Of a stretch of 64,000 nucleotides of DNA, positions 22,238 to 31,341 are shown piece after piece (position 1 is the stretch's first letter; every line of letters starts with the position of its first letter). The stretch spans positions 1,728,001 through 1,792,000 of the forward strand of contig JBMNFY010000017.1 in assembly GCA_050949565.1 (NCBI GenBank), written 5' to 3'. The translations under genes were made by a program, and so were the position numbers. Origin of the DNA: Kiritimatiellia bacterium (lineage in GTDB: Bacteria; Verrucomicrobiota; Kiritimatiellia; RFP12; UBA1067). A model generated the notes under the pieces. That model had not been told where the DNA came from and did no database searches. It saw only the letters and a list, made by a program, of their open reading frames with translations.

Positions 22238-23908
22238 TTATGGGTTAAAGTCATAATGAGACCCTCTTCGTTCACCATGTTTGAAAATTTTTCCTTCGTT
22301 CGCCAGTCGAGTCAGCAGTTTTGCGGCTTGGTCTTTTGTCAGACGGCACAGGTCCATGACATCCGCTCGTTTTATGCTGCCGTGTTTGTCGATATAGCTA
22401 AGCACCATCTGCTCCTGCTGGATGGGTGCAAACCCGGCCTGGCGGATGTACTCTGATTTTTTTCCTGCTTTACGGTACAGGGCGGCACTGAGGGTATAGG
22501 TCCGTCCCCTGCCGGTGCCGTGGGGTTCCAGAAATCCGGTTTCCACGAGTTTTTCCAGTGTCGCCCGAACACTGGCCTCCGGTTTTTGGACCGATGGGGC
22601 GAGGTCACCGGTGGTCAAGCGGCGCTCCTCACGCAGGCGGGAGAGGATGATCAGGGAGTCAATGGGCATGTTACCCAGCTTGTCCTCTTGTTCGACGACC
22701 ATCTTGAGAAAATCGAGATCGGCGGCAGCATTGACCATCTGCATGGAAACCGTAAACTCATTGGACATGGAGTAATCCGGTGCCGGTCGACCGTAGCGGA
22801 GCATGCCTTCATAGATGCGGTCAATCCCGCGCCCTGTACGCTCGGCCAGGCCGATCCGCTTGATCACGTCAGCAAGTAGCGGATTACGGGAACGGGGGTC
22901 TGCAACGAGCAGGTTATCCAGGGTAACGCCTTCCACAAATCCGCCAGGATTGCTGATCGAAAGGCCATCGCCTGTGATCTTGACGTGCACGGCTCCCAAA
23001 CGGCTGAAGTCGCGGTGTACCAGGGCGTTAACCAATGCTTCGCGGAAAGCGCGTCGATCATAGTTGGGAACCGGCACCCGGAAGAGGCCGACCTGTATCT
23101 CTTCTTCCTCGACTCGTGCCTTGAAGAGAAGCTCAACTTCCTCAAAGGTTTCCAGCAGTGGTTTGCGGAAGAACTCATTCACCCTGACGTCTGTAGCTTG
23201 CAGGACCTGGAAGGCGACCTCGTAGGCGGGAAGATGTTGTCGCAACAGACTTTCGGTTCCCAGCAACAGCAATCCGGCCACGGTTGGCCGCCTGATGCCG
23301 TTCCCTTCCCGACAGAGCCCCAGAGCGCCATCCAGTTCGTCATCGGCCAGCGCCAGCAGGGATTGTTCGCCGCCGTATTTCTTAATGGCGTTACGAATGC
23401 GCAGCCGTTGCAGTGGGTCGAGTTGGCTTGCTTCCACCTCCTCAAGCATCATGGCAGAGGGATCGACAAGCCCCATTGACGACTGGCGCTGGATAAACTC
23501 ATGGGGATAGAAAGGAACCGCTTCCGGTGTACCGTCGAGCTTGAGGCGCCTTCGGACCAGAAGGCCATCGGAGGTTGAAACCAATTGCCGGGATTTGGGC
23601 ACGGAGATACGGGCGATGGATTTGCCCTGCAACTCACACCGCTCGATGCGAACAGATATGGCGGGATTGGTTTTGTTGGCGATCAGCGAAGGAATGCCCG
23701 ACACATTCAGATGGTTGGCATGCAAGCCGGTAACCGAGCCATCATCCTCCACACCAAGCAACAGGTTGCCGCCATCGGTATTGGCCAAAGAAACGACCAC
23801 GGCCACCAGGTCGCGATCAGGCAGGCACTTCAGGTCGCTCTTGAATTCCAGCGACAAGCTTTCGCCCTGCTGGATCAGCTTATCAATTTCGTGTCCATTC
23901 GTGTCCAT
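22238..23908 (-). CDS. AlbA_2 + HATPase_c_4 + wHTH protein
   Basis: GESLSLEFKS, SLANTDGG, REALVNALVHRDF and GRGIDRI motifs with C-terminal HTHs; start MDTNGHE lies inside a repeat arm. Confidence 0.85.
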   Translation of the reverse strand: MDTNGHEIDKLIQQGESLSLEFKSDLKCLPDRDLVAVVVSLANTDGGNLLLGVEDDGSVTGLHANHLNVSGIPSLIANKTNPAISVRIERCELQGKSIARISVPKSRQLVSTSDGLLVRRRLKLDGTPEAVPFYPHEFIQRQSSMGLVDPSAMMLEEVEASQLDPLQRLRIRNAIKKYGGEQSLLALADDELDGALGLCREGNGIRRPTVAGLLLLGTESLLRQHLPAYEVAFQVLQATDVRVNEFFRKPLLETFEEVELLFKARVEEEEIQVGLFRVPVPNYDRRAFREALVNALVHRDFSRLGAVHVKITGDGLSISNPGGFVEGVTLDNLLVADPRSRNPLLADVIKRIGLAERTGRGIDRIYEGMLRYGRPAPDYSMSNEFTVSMQMVNAAADLDFLKMVVEQEDKLGNMPIDSLIILSRLREERRLTTGDLAPSVQKPEASVRATLEKLVETGFLEPHGTGRGRTYTLSAALYRKAGKKSEYIRQAGFAPIQQEQMVLSYIDKHGSIKRADVMDLCRLTKDQAAKLLTRLANEGKIFKHGERRGSHYDFNP

Positions 23909-23915
23909 TCGTGGT

Positions 23916-26900
23916 TCAGCCTTCCATGACGATCCGCACCTTGGCCGGGTCCTTGCCCTTGGTGAGCTGATCGATGTACTCCTCAAAGCGTTTCTTCATC
24001 TCTGCCGGGGTGGCCGGGCCGTCGGTGACCTGCAGGGCCTGTTGCAGCTCCTGCGCCTTGACGGTGACCTTGACCAGGCCGGAGAGCACTTCCTTCAAGG
24101 CGTGGACAAAGTTGCTGTCCAGCGGCACCGGCAGTTCCTTCGACCTGATGAAGGCTTCCAGCGGCTCGCGGTCATCGATCTTCAGCAGATCCATGTTGGC
24201 CTGGGTGATCGGGTCCTCCAGGTTGCTGAGCAACGCCTTGGTCCAGTTTTCCAGCATCCGGTCGAGTTCGTCGTCCAGTGCGTTAAGAATTGCGGCGGCG
24301 TTGCTCAAGTGCGTGGTGCGTGGTGCGTGGTGCGAGGTTTCCGCACTTCGCACTCCGTACTCCGCACTCATTTCGGTCGCAGGCCGAAATTGGCAATGCG
24401 GGCAGATGGGCGAGGCATCGAGGTTTTGTTCGGTCAGGGCGAAGCAGCTCTTCAGTCCGGCCAGGCGGTTCTGGTAATCGGTGAGCTGCTGCCGGGGCAT
24501 CAGGTCGATACCAGCCAGCTTGAGCAGGGTTTGCAGGCGCTGGTCGTTGAGCAGTCCTGCCTTGCGCTTGTCGTCGTTCACGCCCAGCCGGGCGCGCGCG
24601 TGGAGGGAGATGTATTGGTTGATGTAATCGCGTTTGAGCTTTTTCAGCTCTTCGCCGACTTCGGACGATACTCGCGCGAGATCTGAGGACTGAGTGCTGA
24701 GGACTGAGGTTAGAGCGTCCAGAACTTCCTTGCGAGTTTTCTTGACCTGCTCAACCCAGACATCCAATCCCTGTGCTCCAAACTCGCCCCTCGCCCCTGA
24801 TCCCTCGCCCCTGCTTGCAGAGGCTTCCGCCGTAGCAAGCCAAGCTGCTGTCGGGCTGTGGTCCATGATGAACTCGCGCAGGGCGTCCAGCTCATCCAGG
24901 GCCTTCACGGCCTTTTCGTGGGCCAGCACTTCGGGAGCGCTGTAGCGGAAGTTTTTCAGTTTACCCGGAGTAGAGTACGCTTGCAGGCTTTCAAAGAAAG
25001 CCTTCGCGTCCTCCAGTGCGTGGTGCGTTGTGCGCAGTGCGCCATCTTCACCCCGCACCTCGCACCCCGCACTTCGCACTAAATCTAGACCCCAGAAGGA
25101 GAGCCCTTCGCGCAGGGTCTGCTGGGTCATGACGATGCGTTTGACGATCTTGCCCACCGCCTGTTGCAGGTTCTGCACAGGCTCGTCCTTGCCCTGGGTG
25201 ACGAGCTGGGCCATGCCCGGCGTCATGCCGAGCAGTTCGAACAGCGCTTTGAGCGCGGGCAGGTTCCATTCCTTGGGCTGCTCCAGGTGCTTGAAGCGGA
25301 CCAGCTCGTCCATGCCGGTCGCGGCAAGCTGCTGCAGCCCGGTGGCGTCAAACTTTCTTGCCCGGAATGGCGAGCACGATGTCGCCGGAATAGACCAGCG
25401 CAGCCACCAGACCGCTCACCCATTCGGGTTCCAGACGCGAACCGCCGGGGTTCATGTATTCCAGCCCGTGGTCGTCCTGGATGATCTCGCTGCGGTTGAC
25501 TACCTGGCCGTGCCCCTTGGCCTTGACGGTATCGAGAATGAACTTGGTGTACTTCGACTTGTAGGGGTCGATCTTCTCGCCGTCGAGCAGCTCCAGGGCG
25601 TCCAGCACGGCGGTGGCTTGTTTTGTCAGGGGCGAGGGACGAGAGGCGAGAGATGAGTTGGCCAGATTGGCCATTCCTCGTAAGGCATCTTGGGCCGCTT
25701 GCGCTCTGTTGGCGGCAGTGATCAGGACCGAGAAGAACGGGTAGTCCGGGGCCTGGTTCTCGAAGTTCGGTGCCAGGCAGACACCGGCGATGGTGTTCAC
25801 CAAGTCGCGGAAGTTGATAGTCTCGTGAGGCGACAGGCCCGACAGGTCGCGGATGGATTTGCCCTTGGCCCATTCGGTCATGGACTTGGCACGGCCCTGA
25901 TAGGTGACCTCGAAGGCATCGCTCATGTGCTTCTGCAGCCACTGGACCAGCTTCTTCAGGAAGCCGTTGGCCTTCGATTCATAGGTGGCCTTGGCATGGC
26001 CCGATGAGGTGGCTGCAAGATCCAGTGCGGCCGCATAGCTTTTCAGAGCTGTCTGGAATTCTTCTGATGGAGAGCCACTAATGGACGCGAATGAACACGC
26101 ATCATTTTTTATTTGTGTCAATCCGTGTTTATCTGTGGTTCTCAAGTTCAGACGGAAGAAAACTTCATCGGAACTTTTTTCATCTTTGAACCTTGGGCAA
26201 TCAAATGGCGGAAGAAAATAGAGGTAAAAGTCCCGCTGCGGCACGGCGGTGGAACGCTCGTTCGGTGCCCCGAAAAAGAGGTAGCCGGAGCGGGCTGCCT
26301 TGTGCTCCTGCCAGACCAGTTCGTGCTGCCAGATTTTGTAGCCGGTCACATAGGTGGCGTCCTGGCATTCCATGACCCGCTTGAGCGCCTCGTAATAGAA
26401 GCGGTCGAGCTGAGCCTGGCCCAGGCTGTCGGCCCGCGTCCTTACTTTTTCGTCGTAATCGATATCTTTCGAGACATCCAGGTAGAATTGGCCACTGAGT
26501 CGCCCGCGATCATCAATCTCTGTTGCGGAAATAAATTGCCCGCTGACGGCTTGGCTGATCAGGCGGATAGCCGTTTCAACTTCACCACGTAAGTCTTCTG
26601 CGCTGTCATCGCCACCGAGCTCGGCAATCAATGGATCAAACAGGCACAACTGGTCACGAAGCGCTTCAGCGGTTAGTCCATTTGGCGAGGATAAACTTCC
26701 CACGGTAAGCCGATGAACGCTAAGCCCACGAACAATTCGCAAGGCAAATTTCTTGTTTTTCGCCTTTGGATAGTTGGAAATCACTAAATTTTGCAACGTG
26801 TTGCTGCAATCAATGACCTGCTTTATATCAGGTAATGTTCGATAGGCGGCATTGGTTGAGAGTACATCCCAGTAGCTGTCGAAGGCGATCAGGCCGGGTT

Positions 26901-27906
26901 CGTCCTGCGGCACGTCCTTGCCCAAAATGCCTTTCATGCCCATGGACAAGGTCTTGAGCACCTCGCGCTTTTCCACCACGGTGACCCGCTCGAAGGTGTC
27001 GATGTAATCGGGATGCACCGGGAAGAGCCGGACAAACTCGTCCATGCGCTCATTGAGCCCGCCGTAGTATTTGGCAAAAGGCATCAGGTAGTCGCGGATC
27101 TTGGCCTGTTGCTCGGTGGTCTTCTTGAGCAGGCGCTCGGCCACGACGAATTTCACGTCGCTGCGGGCGATAAGGATCTGCTCGAAGCGGTCCTTCACCC
27201 GGCGGATGCTGTCGGCGACAAAGGCGAAGCGCGGGCTGTCGAAAATGGCTTCCTGGACACCGGCCATGAAGCGGAAGCGAAGGTCCTTGCAGACCTCGCC
27301 GACCTCGCGGAGGAAGTTGAGGTCGAGGATCAGCTCCTGGTCCTTGCGGGTGCGCAGGTAGTCGAGCAGCTCATCGACCACCAGCAAGAGACCATGCTCG
27401 GGGAAGACCTCGCCGAACTTGGCCATCATGTCTTCGAAGGCCCGCTTGTGGCTGGTAATGGTCCCGGCTTCGGGGAACACATACTCCACGCCGAGTTTTT
27501 CGAGGTGCTCTTCCAGTTCGGCCACCAGGATGTCGCGCAGGGACATGGTGGTGGCTCCGATCTCGGTACGGATGACCTTGAACCGACCTGCGATCTGAGA
27601 GGCTGCATCGCGGACACCGGCGTGGTTCAGCCCTTCCAGCAGGGAGGCATCTGCGGCAATACAGGAAACCACCGACATCAAATGCGATTTACCGGTGCCG
27701 TAGTTACCGACGACCAGCAGCCCCTTGTTATCGACCGGGTGGTCGAACTGCATCTGAGGAATGACAAGCTGCGTGAGTCGTTCGGCCATTTCATCTGAAA
27801 TGACATAGGTGTTCACCAGGTGCTGCGCGGCGTTCGATTTGTCCGCGTCACGCAACTGAACGACCGACTCAATCGGGTCGAATTGGATAAGGTCTCCGTA
27901 TTTCAT
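23916..27906 (-). CDS. brxC: BREX-3 BrxC/PglY (DUF6079-like) ATPase, split by a 1-nt frameshift near 25352
   Basis: Walker [10 protein letters not shown] and VVDELLDYL. ORFs 25348-27906 and 23916-25313 are contiguous once one base is removed at ...PGKK/FDATG... Confidence 0.85.
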
Positions 27907-28304
27907 GGCAACTCCTTCGTCGTTGCAGGGGCGAGGGACGAGGGTTTAGAGGCGAGTTTGGCCATCAACCCGTTGGTCATTTTGTTGATTTCTACTTGTA
28001 AACTGAGAATAAGGCCGAGCTGGTCAGTTGAGAGATACCCGAGTCGATGGGCAATCAGTAATTGGGTCTCAACCTCTGCCAGTGAACCCTTTGAGATTGA
28101 CAAGAACCGATGGAATTCTTTTGTTGAGTTTCTTGCATGGCCTTCAGCAATGTTTGATGGAATCGCAACAACGGCTCGTCGAAGCTGATTCGTCAATCCA
28201 TATAACTCTTCCGTAGGAAAAGTTCTGGTTGCTTGATAAACCATTTCAACCAAATCCAACGCTTTCTGCCAAACAATCAAATCCTTGTAACTCTGCACGC
28301 TCAT
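27903..28304 (-). CDS. Four-helix-bundle protein (23S rRNA-IVP / Avd-like family), second copy
   Basis: [11 protein letters not shown]...[21 protein letters not shown]...[10 protein letters not shown] signature. Confidence 0.93.
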   Translation of the reverse strand: MSVQSYKDLIVWQKALDLVEMVYQATRTFPTEELYGLTNQLRRAVVAIPSNIAEGHARNSTKEFHRFLSISKGSLAEVETQLLIAHRLGYLSTDQLGLILSLQVEINKMTNGLMAKLASKPSSLAPATTKELP

Positions 28305-28795
28305 ATCTCGTCCCTCACCCCTAACTCCTCGCCTCTCATATCAACAATCAGCGCATCGACCGAGTCATAGCTGCGGTACTCGGGATGGCCGGTTTCGGCG
28401 TACAAAAGCCTCCCGGAATTCATGATTCCGTTCCACGAAGCCACCACGGCCCGATTTCTCGAAATGGACTGCAGCAGGCGCAAGGGGTCCTGCTGGAGAT
28501 CCTTGTCGAAGAGGATCTCGAGATTATCCAGCACCACCGGTGCTTGAGCCTGGTCCGCGATCTGATCGAGGATGCCCGGCAACCGAAGCGACCGCTGCTT
28601 TGCCGTCAGCTCAAGCAGTTCGCCTGAAAGCGCCAGATTGACGTTGACGACAGATGAGCCGAATTCCTCGGCAATATCCCGAAGAACGCCGGTCTTGCCG
28701 GAACCGGTCTCACCCACCAGCAACACCAGACGGTGATACAAGCCTTCGGCTGCCTGGAGGGATCGTTTTATCTTGTCGTGAATCGGCTCGGCCAT
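28301..28795 (-). CDS. brxF: BREX-3 BrxF P-loop protein
   Basis: LVGETGSGKT, LDNLEILFD...DPLRLL and YAETGHPEY motifs; first gene of the BREX-3 order. Confidence 0.88.
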   Translation of the reverse strand: MAEPIHDKIKRSLQAAEGLYHRLVLLVGETGSGKTGVLRDIAEEFGSSVVNVNLALSGELLELTAKQRSLRLPGILDQIADQAQAPVVLDNLEILFDKDLQQDPLRLLQSISRNRAVVASWNGIMNSGRLLYAETGHPEYRSYDSVDALIVDMRGEELGVRDEI

Positions 28796-28804
28796 GCTCG
28801 CTCC

Positions 28805-29008
28805 TTATTGCTCGGTGTCCGGCTTATCGGATTTGTCAGCCGCACCGCCGGAGCGGACCCATTCGTCCACTTCGTCTTGTTTGAACATCCAGCGACGGCC
28901 GACGCGATGACCGGGCATAGCCCGTTGTTCGATCCAGTTGTAGACCGTCTCGTTGCTTACATTCAGATATTTGCAAATGTCATCGACCGTCAGCCATCTC
29001 TCATCCAT
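28805..29008 (-). CDS. Excisionase-like helix-turn-helix DNA-binding protein
   Basis: WLTVDDICKYLNVSNETVYNWI...VGRRWMFKQDEVDEW. Confidence 0.85.
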   Translation of the reverse strand: MDERWLTVDDICKYLNVSNETVYNWIEQRAMPGHRVGRRWMFKQDEVDEWVRSGGAADKSDKPDTEQ

Positions 29009-29145
29009 AGCCTTCGTCCTTCGTTCATCATGTTTTCGGTAAAAGCCCGAAGGTCTCCGGGAAACCCGAAATCCGGACACAGTGCCGCAAATTAACCCCC
29101 ACATATTACATTGGCGGATTACCAAAATCAAGCGTTTTGTGCCGA

Positions 29146-29541
29146 TTAGTGCCGACTTTTCCAAAAAACGGCCTGATTGTCGTTGGTGATACGTTCGCCG
29201 TTCTGAGGCGCATACATGGTGTAAGTCCATACAGCACATGGGGTTGCGCCTTGCAGTGAAGCCACCATCACCCGCTGGTACATGCTGTGGCCGCCGGGCC
29301 GGAAGCCTTCCAGCCGGTCGATGGGCGGCAGGTCGCGTTGCGGGTCGGTGAAGGTCACCAGTTCCCCATGGATCAGATCCCAGTCCCCGGTCGGGCGGCC
29401 GAAGCGCGGCGTGCCGATCTCCTGCTGTCTGCGGGCATCGGTCAGTGGATTGGCGCTGCCCCGGGCCAGGATCACTCCTTCCGGCACTTCGAGGGCTGGG
29501 AATCCGGCGTGAAGATGGTAGAGCCTGCCCTTTCGAAACAA
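29146..29541 (-). pseudogene. 5'-truncated gamma-glutamylcyclotransferase-family gene
   Basis: GRLYHLHAGFPAL...IDRLEGFRP...YQRV; the N-terminal YGTL motif is absent and the fragment abuts the island end. Confidence 0.6.
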
Positions 29542-29605
29542 GGGGAAAAAGAAAACCCGTCACCCCGGTGAATGACCCCAGAGAGACGGTTTTGTCTTTT
29601 CTCAA

Positions 29606-29961
29606 TGGTGGAGGCGGGGGGAGTCGAACCCCCGTCCGAAACAGCGTCCTTCCAGCTTCTACGCGCGTGTTCTGTCTTTGAGTCTCGTCTTCAAGCGCAC
29701 CGACAGACAGGCCCGCTTGAAGACCAGCACCCACGATTCGTCAAGACACGGGCGCCCGGCTGCTCGGCCCCCGGCAGGATCTGCTAGTCGTCGCTTCCCC
29801 GCTCAGCAGACATCGGCGGTTCAGCGTCGCGCCTTTAATTAGGCAGCGAGAGCGAAGTTATCGTTCGCATTTAGGTTTTTTCCTGTTTTTTTACGAGGCC
29901 AACAGGAGTCCTCGGCGCGCCACTGAAATTCCGATCTGCCCCGTCGAAACCAGTCGCCCCC
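29606..29961 (-). ncRNA. ssrA: tmRNA
   Basis: 5' GGGGGCGACTGGTTTCGAC and 3' GGGTTCGACTCCCCCCGCCTCCACCA; tag frame (A)ANDNFALAA* at 29839-29868. Confidence 0.95.
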
Positions 29962-29979
29962 TTTGAAAAGAACAACACC

Positions 29980-30008
29980 AGTATGGCAGATTCCGGCTCG
30001 GGAAGCAA
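29980..30008 (-). promoter_or_regulatory. Putative sigma70 promoter of ssrA
   Basis: TTGCTT-N17-CATACT upstream of the tmRNA 5' end. Confidence 0.5.
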
Positions 30009-30142
30009 GCCGCGCCGATACTAAACCGCAGACCACACGAACACCAACGCACCAACGCGGGCATGCCTTTTTTAAGTAGCGCCCGGAGACTTAAAAAGCT
30101 ATGCTGAGCGTCGCTTTTTTTTGAGTAGTGAAAGGAAGTCTC

Positions 30143-31324
30143 ATGGATACGAAAGTGGCTGACAACGTTTTTTGGGTCGGGTTCATCGATTGGGCGGTGC
30201 GTGATTTTCACGGATACAAAACCAGTCGGGGTTCCACGTATAACGCCTATCTGGTGATGGATGAGAAAACGGCGCTGATCGATGCGGTCAAAGCGCCTTA
30301 CGCCGCGACGCTGCTGGAGCAGATCCAAACGCATGTGCCGCTTGAAAAGGTTGACTACGTCGTCTGCAATCATGCCGAGCCGGATCACTCGGGCGCTCTG
30401 CCGGATGTGATGCGCGCCTGCCCCAATGCGACACTGCTCTGCAATGCAAAGTGTAAGGATGCGCTGGCCCGCCATTACGACACCCGTGATTGGAAGTTTC
30501 AGGTTGTCAAGGACGGCGAAACGCTTTCGCTGGGCCGTCGTACTCTCCAGTTCCTCGATACGCCGATGGTTCATTGGCCGGAGTCGATGGTTACCTATCT
30601 GGTTGAGGATGCCATTCTCTTTTCAATGGACGCCTTCGGTCAGCACTATGCGTCGGGGTTCCGCTTTGATGACGAGTCGGATATGTGCGAGGTGATGCAG
30701 GAGGCGAAGACCTATTACGCCAACATCGTGCTGCCTTACGGCCGGCCGGTGGCGACGGCGCTCAAGCGTCTCGGCGGCCTCACGCTCAAGATGGTGGCGC
30801 CGAGCCACGGCGTGATCTGGCGCAGTCACTTTGACAAGATTCTCGCGGCGTATCAGGACTGGATGGTTTGCAAGCCCGCCCGTAAAGTTGTGATCGCCTA
30901 TTGCACCATGTGGGGCAGCACGCGCCTGATGGCCGAAGCTGTGGCCGAGGGTGCCCGAACGTTGCCGGTCGAGGTCAAGCTGCTCAATGTGGACGTCACG
31001 CACGATACGCAGATCATTACCGAGGTGATGGACTGCGCGGCCTTTGCAGCGGGTACCGCTACGCTCAACATGGGGATCATGCCGCGCATGGCTGCGACGT
31101 TGACCTATCTGCGCGGACTTAAGCCGCTGGGCAAGGCGGGTTTCGCCTTCGGTTCGTACGGCTGGGCCGCGAAGGGCGTGGATGAGGCGGCGTGTTTCCT
31201 GGCGACCATGCAGATGGCACCGGTGTGCGAGCCGCTTATCTGCCGCTACGCGCCGGACGCCGAGACGCTGGAAGCCTGCCGCGCCGCCGGCCGCGCGCTG
31301 GCAGAGGTCGCGCAACGTGCGTAG
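30143..31324 (+). CDS. fprA: FprA-type flavodiiron protein
   Basis: GSTYNAYL, NHAEPDHSG, HWPESM, DAFGQH and PSHGVIW motifs; flavodoxin FGSYGW. Confidence 0.93.
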   Translation: MDTKVADNVFWVGFIDWAVRDFHGYKTSRGSTYNAYLVMDEKTALIDAVKAPYAATLLEQIQTHVPLEKVDYVVCNHAEPDHSGALPDVMRACPNATLLCNAKCKDALARHYDTRDWKFQVVKDGETLSLGRRTLQFLDTPMVHWPESMVTYLVEDAILFSMDAFGQHYASGFRFDDESDMCEVMQEAKTYYANIVLPYGRPVATALKRLGGLTLKMVAPSHGVIWRSHFDKILAAYQDWMVCKPARKVVIAYCTMWGSTRLMAEAVAEGARTLPVEVKLLNVDVTHDTQIITEVMDCAAFAAGTATLNMGIMPRMAATLTYLRGLKPLGKAGFAFGSYGWAAKGVDEAACFLATMQMAPVCEPLICRYAPDAETLEACRAAGRALAEVAQRA

Positions 31325-31341
31325 GGTGAGGAGGGCGGTTT

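Larger units (their letters stand above)
6320..29614. mobile_element. Defence genomic island integrated at tmRNA 3' end
   Basis: Direct repeat AATGGTGGAGG at 6320-6330 and 29604-29614 (the tmRNA CCA end); accessory defence content; lower-GC patches. Confidence 0.8.

Noticed and set aside
25340-25360. Programmed ribosomal frameshift in brxC
   Set aside because: A +1 shift would be needed, no canonical slippery site is present, and sequencing error is simpler.
13877-28304. Diversity-generating retroelement suggested by Avd-like genes
   Set aside because: No reverse transcriptase and no TR/VR pair with adenine-specific mismatches was seen.
28805-29734. 309-aa ORF spanning the tmRNA 3' end
   Set aside because: Only the last 67 codons are a recognisable HTH gene; the rest overlaps tmRNA and the GGCT fragment.
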